DNA of 56,729 bases, taken from positions 1 to 56,729 of IMG/VR virus record IMGVR_UViG_3300021197_000610; one strand, 5' to 3'. This DNA comes from a virus. Taxonomy: Duplodnaviria > Caudoviricetes. Positions 47,413-56,729 of the stretch are shown here, piece after piece (the stretch's first letter is position 1; each line of letters opens with the position of its first letter). Both the position numbers and the translations under genes were made by a program. A model generated the notes under the pieces. It was not told the origin of the DNA, made no database searches, and was given only the letters and a program-made list of their open reading frames with translations.

Positions 47413-48053
47413 GGTAGCTTTTTAGCAAACTGAAGAAGATCATCAAACACTTTGGTCTTCTTTCTAAGTTTCTCTTTTGAGAATTTCTTGAGGTCTTCTT
47501 CAGTTTCTAATCCATGACCAGTACGTACTAAAATAGGAGTAGCACCGATACGTTCTGCAGCTTTAATATCTGTTAGCTTGTCGCCCACATAAAAACCATT
47601 TTGTTTAAACCTATACTTACTTTGAAAAATTTCTTTTTCTGCTCTGTGAAACATACCAAGATTAGGTTTAGCAAAGCAATCACATTTCAGAGAGGTTTCA
47701 GAATAAAACAAACCATCAATGGAGTAGATACCTGCATTGCCAAACACTTCCATCATACGTTGATGAATGGCTTCAACTTGCTCGTGTGTCTGCTCTTTTT
47801 TTATAATACCACCTTGGTTAGTTAAAATTACTAGTTTATAACCTTTAGTTCTAATTAGTCGTATGGCTTCAAGAGAACCAGAAATAGGTTCCCAATCATT
47901 AGGATCAGTAAGATAACCTTTATCTATATTGATAACACCATCTCTATCTAAACCAACTATAGGTTTAGGAAACACTTTAGGCCAGTCATTAGGTATATTT
48001 TGTTGTTGAATTTGTTGAGGGTCTTGTTCTATAATATGTTTAAATCTAGACAT
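47409..48053 (-). CDS. gmhB: D,D-heptose 1,7-bisphosphate phosphatase (HAD-IIIA)
   Basis: LDRDGVIN, TNQGGI, KPNLGM, VGD...D..AA, LVRTGHG. Confidence 0.85.
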   Translation of the reverse strand: MSRFKHIIEQDPQQIQQQNIPNDWPKVFPKPIVGLDRDGVINIDKGYLTDPNDWEPISGSLEAIRLIRTKGYKLVILTNQGGIIKKEQTHEQVEAIHQRMMEVFGNAGIYSIDGLFYSETSLKCDCFAKPNLGMFHRAEKEIFQSKYRFKQNGFYVGDKLTDIKAAERIGATPILVRTGHGLETEEDLKKFSKEKLRKKTKVFDDLLQFAKKLP

Positions 48054-48082
48054 AGCAACTCCTTTTGACAGGATAATAACAC

Positions 48083-48493
48083 ATGAAAAAAGTATTTGTC
48101 AATGGAGCCTTTGATGTAATACACTCAGGACACCTTGATCTAATTGATTTTGCTAGCATGTTAGGGGGTAGATTACTCGTAGCCCTTGACACAGATGAAA
48201 AAATAAGGTATAACAAGGGGGCAGATAGACCTTTAAACAATCTTAAAACTCGGAAGCATCTGATGTCAATGTTAAAGCCTGTAGATAGTGTTGTGTCATT
48301 TAACTCTAATAAAGAGTTAAGTAATATTATTAAAAGGTATAAGCCTGACGTTATGGTAAAAGGTTCCGATTGGAGGGGGAAGAAGATTGTTGGTGAGGAA
48401 TACTGTAAGGAAATAGTATTCTTTGAGAGGACCAACAATGAATCAACAACAAATACCCTCCAAGATTTTGTTGATAGGAGACGGATGTTATGA
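48083..48493 (+). CDS. hldC: Heptose-1-phosphate nucleotidyltransferase (RfaE domain II)
   Basis: NGAFDVIHSGH, KGADRP, VKGSDW, STT. Confidence 0.85.
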   Translation: MKKVFVNGAFDVIHSGHLDLIDFASMLGGRLLVALDTDEKIRYNKGADRPLNNLKTRKHLMSMLKPVDSVVSFNSNKELSNIIKRYKPDVMVKGSDWRGKKIVGEEYCKEIVFFERTNNESTTNTLQDFVDRRRML

Positions 48494-49193
48494 CGAGTAC
48501 TGTTACGGTACAGTCAAAAGATTAAACCCAGAAGCACCTGTACCAGTACTAGATTGGGACACCACTGTTCGTAAATTAGGGATGGCAGGTAATGTACTTC
48601 AAAATTTACAAGCATTAGGTTTAAATTGTCATTATGACATTTTATATAAAGAAACAAAGAAAAGATATATTGATAACAAGACTGGTCAACAAATTGTAAG
48701 GGTTGACATACCTCTTATAGAGGGAGACCATGAAGAACATAGACTACATAAGTTTAATGATTATGATGCTATTGTTATATCTGATTACAATAAAGGTTAC
48801 GTTAGCACCTTTACCATAGAAAGTATCTTAGAAAGTTTTACTGGCCCTGTATTTATTGATACTAAAAAACAAGATTTAAAGTTGTTTGGAAAAGCTTTTG
48901 TAAAAATAAATCAATACGAATACGAGAACAGAATATCTGATGCAGATAACATGATTGTTACATTTGGATCGGAAAAGGTAGTCTACAAAGACAAGCTATA
49001 CTTACCCCCCAAAGTAGATGCACATGATGTTTGTGGTGCAGGGGATACATTCTTAGCAGCTTTAGTATATAGTTGGTTACAAACGCCTGATATACCAAAA
49101 GCCATTAAGTTTGCTATGAAGGCTGCTGCCATAACTGTCAAACATGTCGGTGTGTATGCACCTCGTTTAGAGGAGATACATGATGCGGCTTGA
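48438..49193 (+). CDS. hldA: Heptose-7-phosphate kinase (RfaE domain I, PfkB family)
   Basis: LLIGD..DEY.YG...RLNPEAPVPV, ISDYNKG, DVCGAGDTF. Confidence 0.88.
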   Translation: MNQQQIPSKILLIGDGCYDEYCYGTVKRLNPEAPVPVLDWDTTVRKLGMAGNVLQNLQALGLNCHYDILYKETKKRYIDNKTGQQIVRVDIPLIEGDHEEHRLHKFNDYDAIVISDYNKGYVSTFTIESILESFTGPVFIDTKKQDLKLFGKAFVKINQYEYENRISDADNMIVTFGSEKVVYKDKLYLPPKVDAHDVCGAGDTFLAALVYSWLQTPDIPKAIKFAMKAAAITVKHVGVYAPRLEEIHDAA

Positions 49194-49539
49194 GGGGCAT
49201 ATTAAAAAAGGTTGGGGTTCAGAACTAATATGGGCAACCAACGACAAGTACTGTGGTAAGTTTTTACATTTTAACGAGGGTGCTAAATTTTCTATGCACT
49301 TTCATAGGGAAAAAGATGAGACTTGGTACATACTTAAAGGTAGATTTAAAGTTATCTACATAGACACAAAGGATGCAAGTACTCATGAAAAGATTCTCAC
49401 AGATGGTGATACATGGCGTAACGAACCTTTAGCCCCTCATCAAATTATCTGTGAAAAAGAAGGGACAGTAATAGAAGTTTCTACCCCTGACTCTGTAGAG
49501 GATAACTACCGTGTTGGTGGGGGAGACAGCCAGAAATGA
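49180..49539 (+). CDS. Cupin (sugar-phosphate isomerase-like)
   Basis: KGWGSE, SMHFHREKDETWY, PHQ, EVSTPD..EDNYR. Confidence 0.8.
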   Translation: MMRLEGHIKKGWGSELIWATNDKYCGKFLHFNEGAKFSMHFHREKDETWYILKGRFKVIYIDTKDASTHEKILTDGDTWRNEPLAPHQIICEKEGTVIEVSTPDSVEDNYRVGGGDSQK

Positions 49540-50309
49540 AAATACTGGTTACTGGTCACAAAGGTTTCATTGGTCAGAATATGGTCAATGCTTTGAAAGA
49601 TAAACATGAAATTTCTACTTACGAGTTTGGTAATCAATACCCAATAATAGACGGACTTGATTGGGTAGTACACTTAGGAGCAGTAAGCTCTACTACAGAG
49701 CAAGACATACGTAAGATAACAGTACAGAACATTGAGTCCTCTATTTATTTGTACGAAGACTGTATAGAAAAAGGTGTAAATTTTCAGTTTGCTAGTAGTG
49801 CTTCTGTATATGGTTTAGAGTCTGGATTTAAAGAAAGCTGTCCTCTTAATCCTCAAAACCACTATGCTAGAAGCAAAGCTTTATTTGAAAAGTATGTCGA
49901 GTATCGTAAAGCTCCTATAATAACTCAAATATTTAGATACTTTAATGTGTATGGTGATCATGAAGATCACAAAAAAGATCAAGCCAGTCCCTACACAAAG
50001 TTTAAAACACAGGCAAAAGAAACAGGTAGCATAAAACTATTTAAAAACTCCGAGTACTACTACAGAGATTTTATACACGTAGATAAAATAGTAGAATACC
50101 ATCAGAAATTTTTTGACGTAAAAGAGTCTGGTATTTGGAACATGGGAACAAGTAGAGAAAAAAGTTTTTACGAAGTTGCTATGGATATATGTAAAGAAAC
50201 AAAGGCAACTATTGAGTGGGTAGACATGCCAAAAAAATTAAAGAGCAGCTATCAAGATTTTACTAGGGCAAACACAGTTAAGCTCTGGCAAACTCTATCG
50301 TTGAGATAA
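49536..50309 (+). CDS. hldD: ADP-L-glycero-D-manno-heptose 6-epimerase-like SDR
   Basis: TGHKGFIG, HLGAVSSTTE, ASSASVYG, YARSK, RYFNVYGDHEDHK..QAS, RDFIHV. Confidence 0.85.
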   Translation: MKILVTGHKGFIGQNMVNALKDKHEISTYEFGNQYPIIDGLDWVVHLGAVSSTTEQDIRKITVQNIESSIYLYEDCIEKGVNFQFASSASVYGLESGFKESCPLNPQNHYARSKALFEKYVEYRKAPIITQIFRYFNVYGDHEDHKKDQASPYTKFKTQAKETGSIKLFKNSEYYYRDFIHVDKIVEYHQKFFDVKESGIWNMGTSREKSFYEVAMDICKETKATIEWVDMPKKLKSSYQDFTRANTVKLWQTLSLR

Positions 50310-50319
50310 GGAATAAAAT

Positions 50320-53300
50320 ATGGCGGAAAATCCAGACGATCAAAACTATGATGCTTTTGAAGCTATTAGTGGTGGACCTAACACTATTACTGGCTCTTCA
50401 AACAGTGCTTTAGCTCAGAGGTCTCAAGCTCAGTCTAATATGGACAAGCATAATGCAGGTGTTAGTAGGCGTAAAAAAAGACGTAAGAAAAGAAGGGCTA
50501 GAGAAGCAGCAGCCGCCGCAGCCGCAGCCGCAGCAGAAGCTGCAGCAACAGATACTACTAACGATATAGCAGAAGAAACTGCTGAAGCTGTAGCTACTTG
50601 GACTATGCCAGAGGAAATAGAGTACCAAGCTACTATTGATGGTATTGGTGTACCTACTTGGGTAAATGAAGGGTATATAGATTCGTATGTAGCCTCAGCA
50701 AAACAAGGTCAGCCAAGAAAACCTAATATGCGGGAAATGATGGAGGCTCTTGCAGGTCAAAGTGTTGAGTCTTTGTATGCGTCTGGACAAGACTGGTCTG
50801 GTATTTCAACTATGGCCAGTAACCTTTTATATGGTACTGTAGGTTCTACTCAAGAAACTCGTAATTGGGATGTTATTATGGAGGCTGCAAAGACTCCTGG
50901 AACTAGCACTATTGATCCAGGAAGACTTGAAGCTGCTGCGTCATTAGCTACTGAACAAATGTATGGTGGTTATAATGTTCAATATGAACAGAGTGAAGGT
51001 ACAGATATATTAAAACTTTACTCTAACGCAAATGGTAATTTAATTACAACAATACAACCTAACAACAATGACTGGAATTTAAGAAATGGTAATGGTTTTG
51101 GTCGTATAAGAAGCTTTGGTATTAGGGGTGATATACTAGAGGTTGGATTACCTGAAAATATACAAGATAAATATAAAGTTTATTTTGATGCTTATGACGA
51201 TGTTTATGATCCTTGGTGGGATGACTACCAAGATTTAATGGGTGTAAATTTTCTTTCTGCATTTAAAGAAAAAGATCTACAGGTTGTAGATCAGACAATC
51301 AATACTAATACAAATAATCAAAATACAAATACAGCTAGCACAAATACAGGTGTTGTAGATACTGGAGCTATTCAAGATACTAGTGGTCAAACTACACAAG
51401 CTGTAAACGAAACCACATATACTCCTGATACTACTACAACTACGTTACCAGGTGTTAGCACAGGAAGTCAAAATTTAGGGAGTGCATCAACTGGCACTTA
51501 TCCACAAGCTAACCTTACTGGCACAATGCAGGTAGGTACACAGACAGGTAACTTATCGTCTACACCTGATTCTGTAACTACTATGAATAATTACACAGGC
51601 ACACCTGCATCTAATCTTACAGCACAATCACAACAAGGATTTGGTGGACAAGCTACTTATGCAAACCAGTTTGGTCAAGAAGTTACAGTAACAGAAGATG
51701 CTTCAGGGAATGCTCTAACTTATGTTCCTCCAGGATTTGATAAGGTGGGTGCTGCACAAGGTGGTGTTATGGCTATGAATGAGGGTGGGGATGTACAACT
51801 TGCTAGAAAATTTTTAGGCTTTGATGGACCTCCAAACCAACTTACTAATTTTTTGTCTGCAAATCCTGCAGCTGCGGCTCGTATGGGTAAATACCAACAG
51901 GCTATGTCTGGAATGGCACAAAACAGAGTTGGTGCACAAGAGGGTACTACTGGAACAAGTCTTGAAGATTTTCAAAGAATGCAGCAAAATCTTGTTACAC
52001 AAACCATGCAACCTATTCAGGGTGCTGTAAATTACTTACAGCCAAATCAAGCAGACTTTATAGGTCAAGATGCAGGTAAAGTTTATGATGTAGCAAACAT
52101 GGCAGATGCTGCAACTGCAGGAACTGTTTCTCAAGTTGGTGTACCAAAACTTCCTGACAATGTAGCAACAATGACTCCTGACAAATCTTATACCGAGGTA
52201 AAAAAACAAACTGACGATCTTACCGCCCAGACTGGTGATCCTACTAGGACAGTTACAGGACAGACATCAACTAGCTCTATGGTAGGAAATTTAGATCCTA
52301 AAACAAGTCAGTCTGTAGATGTAACTGGTGCTCCTACTCGTACTCTTCAAACAGGACCACAAGGAGAAGTGATAAGTGGCTCTGCTGTAGACCAAGGTCA
52401 GGTAGCAGGTGCATTTGGAACTGGTGAAGTACAAGCTGCTTCTATGCAAGACGAGTTAGCAACTCTAATGCAGCAGTTTGAAGGTGGTAACACACCTGCA
52501 TGGGCTGCAGGATCTATGCGTAAAGCTACTGCAATAATGGCAGAACGTGGTATCGGTGCATCTAGCATGGCAGGTCAAGCTATCGTACAAGCTGCTATGG
52601 AAGCTGCTCTACCTATTGCTCAAATTGATACTGCTAATAAACAACAAACAGCTTTGTTTAAAGCAGAACAGAGAGCTAAGTTCTTAGGTCAAGAGTTTGA
52701 TCAAGAGTTTCAAACTAGGGTAATGAATGCTGCTAAAGTTTCTGAGATTGCTAACCTGCAATTTAGTGCGGATCAGCAGATTGCCTTAGAAAACTCTCGT
52801 GCTGCAAACACCATGAACCTTCAAAACTTAAACAATAGGCAAGCTCTTGTTCTAGCCGAAGCTGCTTCGTTATCTCAACTAGATGTAACTAACTTAAACA
52901 ACCGTCAGCAAGCTCAAGTAGCCAATGCACAAAGTTTTTTACAGATGGATATGGCTAGCTTATCCAATGAACAGCAGACTGAAATGTTTAAGACCCAATC
53001 AAATATACAGGCAATACTTTCAGACCAAGCTGCTGTTAATGCTTCAGAACAATTTAATGCCACTAGTGAAAATCAAACAGATCAATTCTTTGCAAACTTA
53101 ACTTCAAATGTAGGACAGTTTAATGCATCTCAATCAAATGCAATGGATCAGTTTAACATAAACACAGTAAATGCTTTAAGACAGTTTAATGCTGAAACAC
53201 AAAATCAACGAGACATGTTTAATGCTCAGAATGGTCTTGTCGTAGCACAGGCAAATGCTCAGTGGAGACAGAATTTAGCTACACTAAACAATGCTGCACA

Positions 53301-53574
53301 GAACGAAAGTAACATGGACTTTGCAAAAACTATTAATGCTTTAACTTCTAAGAATTTAGATGAGATTTGGCAACGTGAACGTGACAATATGAGCTTTGCA
53401 TTTACTTCTAGTGAGACAGCTATGGATAGAGCTTTAAGAATTGTACTTGCTGATAAGGAACTAGAGTCGGTTAGAACACAGCTTGCAGCACAAGAAGATG
53501 CGGCTCAGACTTCACTGATGTTTAGATTTTTATTTGGTACAGCTACCAAAGGTTTGCTAGGCGGTATAATATAG
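50320..53574 (+). CDS. Internal virion (ejection) protein, Gln/Asn-rich
   Basis: PAWAAG, AAMEAALPIA and QFNA repeats typical of podovirus ejection proteins. Confidence 0.7.
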   Translation: MAENPDDQNYDAFEAISGGPNTITGSSNSALAQRSQAQSNMDKHNAGVSRRKKRRKKRRAREAAAAAAAAAAEAAATDTTNDIAEETAEAVATWTMPEEIEYQATIDGIGVPTWVNEGYIDSYVASAKQGQPRKPNMREMMEALAGQSVESLYASGQDWSGISTMASNLLYGTVGSTQETRNWDVIMEAAKTPGTSTIDPGRLEAAASLATEQMYGGYNVQYEQSEGTDILKLYSNANGNLITTIQPNNNDWNLRNGNGFGRIRSFGIRGDILEVGLPENIQDKYKVYFDAYDDVYDPWWDDYQDLMGVNFLSAFKEKDLQVVDQTINTNTNNQNTNTASTNTGVVDTGAIQDTSGQTTQAVNETTYTPDTTTTTLPGVSTGSQNLGSASTGTYPQANLTGTMQVGTQTGNLSSTPDSVTTMNNYTGTPASNLTAQSQQGFGGQATYANQFGQEVTVTEDASGNALTYVPPGFDKVGAAQGGVMAMNEGGDVQLARKFLGFDGPPNQLTNFLSANPAAAARMGKYQQAMSGMAQNRVGAQEGTTGTSLEDFQRMQQNLVTQTMQPIQGAVNYLQPNQADFIGQDAGKVYDVANMADAATAGTVSQVGVPKLPDNVATMTPDKSYTEVKKQTDDLTAQTGDPTRTVTGQTSTSSMVGNLDPKTSQSVDVTGAPTRTLQTGPQGEVISGSAVDQGQVAGAFGTGEVQAASMQDELATLMQQFEGGNTPAWAAGSMRKATAIMAERGIGASSMAGQAIVQAAMEAALPIAQIDTANKQQTALFKAEQRAKFLGQEFDQEFQTRVMNAAKVSEIANLQFSADQQIALENSRAANTMNLQNLNNRQALVLAEAASLSQLDVTNLNNRQQAQVANAQSFLQMDMASLSNEQQTEMFKTQSNIQAILSDQAAVNASEQFNATSENQTDQFFANLTSNVGQFNASQSNAMDQFNINTVNALRQFNAETQNQRDMFNAQNGLVVAQANAQWRQNLATLNNAAQNESNMDFAKTINALTSKNLDEIWQRERDNMSFAFTSSETAMDRALRIVLADKELESVRTQLAAQEDAAQTSLMFRFLFGTATKGLLGGII

Positions 53575-53583
53575 GATAATAAG

Positions 53584-54333
53584 ATGAGTATATATAAAAA
53601 AGAAGTCCTCGATATGTATAGGAAAGCTTTAGATGCAGGGGGCACAGCATTATATGATGTAAGAAAAGCAGAGATGGCATCTCTTGGTTCTCAAACAGGT
53701 AAAATAGGTAAGATGCTTGATTCTACTATTGCTGAAACCCCTGCTAAAATGTTTAAGGCTATGGAAGATATTAATAAAATAGCTTCCGAACGTAAATTAC
53801 GTTTAGCTTCTATGAAAACAGAAGATGATGGTCTTATCGACATATCTCCAAGAGCAGAGGCAGGTGATCAAGTTCACATAGGTAAAGGCTTAGGGGCTAA
53901 GTTACCAGAATATCCTGAAGGTTTAACAAAAAAGAAAATAGAAGCTATCATTACAAAAGAGTCTAAGCTACGTAAAATAGATCCAACAATTGCTATAAAA
54001 TTATTTAGAGCTGAAGGTGCTACTTCTTACCAATCCCTAGTTAAAAAGGGTGATCAAAAGAAAGAGGGTGGTCGTGAGGCATCTTATGGACCGTTTCAAC
54101 TATACACAGGTGCAGGTCTAGGTAAAGAGTATCAAGATCAAACTGGAAGGATTCTTTCTGAGGACAACACTGTAGACGGTATTACCACTCAAATTCAGTT
54201 TGCTTTAGATATGGCAGTTGATAAGGGTTGGTCTCCTTGGTATGGAAGTCAGGCTGCAGGTATTGGTGCTAGAGATGGTCTAGATAGTGCCATAGCAATA
54301 TATAATTGGAGAGATACAAATGATGACATTTGA
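53584..54333 (+). CDS. Virion protein with a lytic transglycosylase/lysozyme-like domain
   Basis: IDPTIAIKLFRAEG...SYGPFQLY...GWSPWYG. Confidence 0.65.
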   Translation: MSIYKKEVLDMYRKALDAGGTALYDVRKAEMASLGSQTGKIGKMLDSTIAETPAKMFKAMEDINKIASERKLRLASMKTEDDGLIDISPRAEAGDQVHIGKGLGAKLPEYPEGLTKKKIEAIITKESKLRKIDPTIAIKLFRAEGATSYQSLVKKGDQKKEGGREASYGPFQLYTGAGLGKEYQDQTGRILSEDNTVDGITTQIQFALDMAVDKGWSPWYGSQAAGIGARDGLDSAIAIYNWRDTNDDI

Positions 54334-54826
54334 GAGACCAATTCCCGGTCAATCACTAACAGCTGAACCCAAGAGCCAAGCTTTTGAAAGACCTCCAGAA
54401 ATATCTGATCCTGATGAGGCACTTGATTTACACCTAAGTAATCTTGCAGAGCCAGGTGCTATGGAAGATGCAGTATACTTTTTAGAATATGGACTTGATT
54501 TAGTTACTCTTGTCGAAGGTATACTTCGCAGTGCCGTAATGGAAGGTGTACATAATATTGACACTAGTCTTATTATAGCTCCTGCAATACATGAGACTAT
54601 TAAAAACTTTGCTGATGAGGCAGGTATAAGTTATGAAGAGGGCTTTACAAATGAACGTGAAGAAAAAGCTTTATCTTATAGACGTGATGTAGATGCAGCA
54701 GCAAAAATGCTTGAACGAGCTAAGAATGAAGGTAAACCAGAACCAGAACCTTTACCTGTCATGATGGCTGAAGAAGAGCCAATACAGGAAGAGCCAACTA
54801 AATCTGGCTTAATGGCGAGGGTGTAA
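54320..54826 (+). CDS. Hypothetical virion-module protein
   Basis: PIPGQSLT.EP....ERPP; C-terminal GLMAR. Confidence 0.7.
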   Translation: MMTFERPIPGQSLTAEPKSQAFERPPEISDPDEALDLHLSNLAEPGAMEDAVYFLEYGLDLVTLVEGILRSAVMEGVHNIDTSLIIAPAIHETIKNFADEAGISYEEGFTNEREEKALSYRRDVDAAAKMLERAKNEGKPEPEPLPVMMAEEEPIQEEPTKSGLMARV

Positions 54827-54828
54827 TT

Positions 54829-55800
54829 ATGGGTATTAGTTTTGTAGGGATGAAAGATTGGGTTGATCAAGCAGATGCGGCAGAGGCTCGAAGACAAGAA
54901 AATGCTGTTAAACTAATTGAATTAGATATGCGTTATGGTGGTGGGTCCAGTGGTTATGGACGTAGTGGCACTACTGCTACTGACACAGCAACTAGAAATG
55001 CTTTACTAAAACAAATTAATGACAGACTTCCAGACGATAGTAAGGTAGCTCCTCAACTTGTAGGTGCTGATTTAAAAACTATACAAGATTTTGATGCTGC
55101 TCAACAAAAACTTGCTGCGTTTTATGAAGAACAGGGTATGATTTACAGTCCAGAACAAGCTGAAAGTGATGTAGTAAGTCTTCACAGAGAGGTTATAGAG
55201 ACTGGAGGAAAACTTGATGTAGAGCAGATATATGCAATTCTAGGCATTGATGAAAGTATGGCAAAGGATGTAGTTTACGGTGGTAAGACTTATGAGGACA
55301 TTGCAAAAAGTCTTGCTACAAGTTCAGAAAGTGTTGGACTAGCTTTTCAAATGTCAGAGCCAGTAAAACCTGCCTCACTTGGAGAGCAAAGTCAGTTGAA
55401 AGAATTGTACATAGAGCAGCTAAGTCCTACTATAGAAACTGAGATAGCTCAGATTAATGGTAGAGCTTCTGAAGGTACTGCTAAAGAGGGTGACGAAGCA
55501 AGGGCTATAAAGTTAAATAGGGCTTTAGATGCTATAAGTGGTACAGCAAAAGATTATAGTTTAGCAGCTAGAATAGTTGGTCCTATGGCTGCAATTAGGT
55601 TAATGGAAACCAACCCAAGAATGAAAGCTTATAGTTATTTAATAAATAAAAATCTTAATTTTACAGCAGATGTAGAAGGGAGTGCAATGTTAAAAAGAGC
55701 TATAACTTCAGGACTACTTAGTGAAGGTGACACTTACTTTAGTAACGGTGCTCCAGGAATAATTACTGCTGAGATCATAGAAAAAGCACTTAAGGAATAA
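54829..55800 (+). CDS. Putative internal virion protein
   Basis: ORF track; position in the late module. Confidence 0.6.
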   Translation: MGISFVGMKDWVDQADAAEARRQENAVKLIELDMRYGGGSSGYGRSGTTATDTATRNALLKQINDRLPDDSKVAPQLVGADLKTIQDFDAAQQKLAAFYEEQGMIYSPEQAESDVVSLHREVIETGGKLDVEQIYAILGIDESMAKDVVYGGKTYEDIAKSLATSSESVGLAFQMSEPVKPASLGEQSQLKELYIEQLSPTIETEIAQINGRASEGTAKEGDEARAIKLNRALDAISGTAKDYSLAARIVGPMAAIRLMETNPRMKAYSYLINKNLNFTADVEGSAMLKRAITSGLLSEGDTYFSNGAPGIITAEIIEKALKE

Positions 55801-55802
55801 AA

Positions 55803-56729
55803 ATGGATGACAATCTTGTAAGCATGGGTCTAAAGGCAGCAGAAAAAACTGACAGTGGTTCTGATAATTTAGTACAAATGGGTTTAAATTCTAAAAGTTC
55901 TATGATGCCAAAGCCTCAAGAAAACTTTGAGGCTTATTCTATTATGAGTGAGCTAGAAAACATAGAACAAGACTCTTTAACAGAGAGAGCTATTTTAGAA
56001 AATAAAAATCTTGTACAGGGCATTCGTAATATTATGAAAGCTCGTTACAGTCCAGAGACTCGTAACAAGTTTAGCTTTGATGAAAAATACGACAGGACTA
56101 TGTCGGATTCAGACGTTATACAAGAATGGCAAAACTGGATGAGGTCACTTGCAGGTGGGCAGACAGTTACGACAGGTAATGACGTTGCGTGGTTTGCTAT
56201 GGCTGATGATGATCAAAGAGCTTTGATGGGAGCTTCTTTTGAGATTATGGACAAGATGCCAGGTATTTTTAATGATAACGTTACTTGGGGTGAAACTCTT
56301 GATGGTGTTCGAGACTATGCATGGGCAGGTATTTGGGACCCAAGTACCGTATTAGGTTTAGGTGTGGGTAGGTTGTTTGCCAAGAAAGTTTCAAAAGACC
56401 TAGTAGGAAAAAAAGTACGTGACACAGCTAGACAGGCATTTGAAGCTGCTATTAAAAGAGGCATGACAAAAGCTGAAGCAAGAGAAGTTAAACGTAAGGT
56501 TATTAAACAGGGCTTTCGTAAAGCTGCAATTAAACAAAACTTACCACCAGTAATTGCAGGTATGACTACTGACGCAGCCATTGCTGTAGGCACAGATCAA
56601 CTATATCAAGGACTTCGTATTGGTAGTGGTGTACAAGATCACAGAAGCTTACCTCAGTCTGCAGGTGCTGCGTTAGGTGTGATAGTAATGCCAGGACTAT
56701 TTGCAGGAACAAAGATGCTTGCAAAAGGA
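55803..56729 (+). CDS. N-terminal part of a large internal virion protein (3'-truncated)
   Basis: Reading frame from ATG 55803 (MDDNLVSM...) runs to the window end (...TKMLAKG). Confidence 0.7.
   Translation, partial: MDDNLVSMGLKAAEKTDSGSDNLVQMGLNSKSSMMPKPQENFEAYSIMSELENIEQDSLTERAILENKNLVQGIRNIMKARYSPETRNKFSFDEKYDRTMSDSDVIQEWQNWMRSLAGGQTVTTGNDVAWFAMADDDQRALMGASFEIMDKMPGIFNDNVTWGETLDGVRDYAWAGIWDPSTVLGLGVGRLFAKKVSKDLVGKKVRDTARQAFEAAIKRGMTKAEAREVKRKVIKQGFRKAAIKQNLPPVIAGMTTDAAIAVGTDQLYQGLRIGSGVQDHRSLPQSAGAALGVIVMPGLFAGTKMLAKG

Overview
This window is a near-complete, permuted genome of a marine podovirus-type dsDNA phage with no RNA polymerase gene. The host is most likely a Rhodobacteraceae/alphaproteobacterium. 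The genome has two arms. The minus-strand arm (17.5 kb to 1.3 kb) carries early genes, a tyrosine integrase, ThyX, primase-helicase, family A DNA polymerase, SSB, nucleases, MazG and a class II (B12-dependent) RNR. The plus-strand arm (18.8 kb to the end, then 1-1281) carries lysis, packaging, an N4-gp56-type capsid, tail and internal virion genes. The arms converge at a bidirectional terminator near 1.3 kb and diverge at a 1.2-kb non-coding region that probably holds the physical genome ends. This layout resembles roseobacter phages that combine a cobavirus-like replication module with an HMO-2011-like morphogenesis module (recognition, not a database result). The main candidate novel system is a pair of extremely Cys-rich tail proteins (about 8% and 10% Cys) followed by a separately promoted sugar-modification island. 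That island holds a GT9 heptosyltransferase-like enzyme whose catalytic-base Asp appears replaced by Arg, a carbamoyltransferase and an NDP-heptose pathway (gmhB, hldC, hldA, cupin, hldD). This suggests S-linked (carbamoyl-)heptosylation of the virion tail. The second highlight is a dense array of paired host transcription-factor-like boxes (LexA, Zur, SqrR/ArsR, plus one IHF site) in the non-coding region. All calls come from motif recognition by eye.
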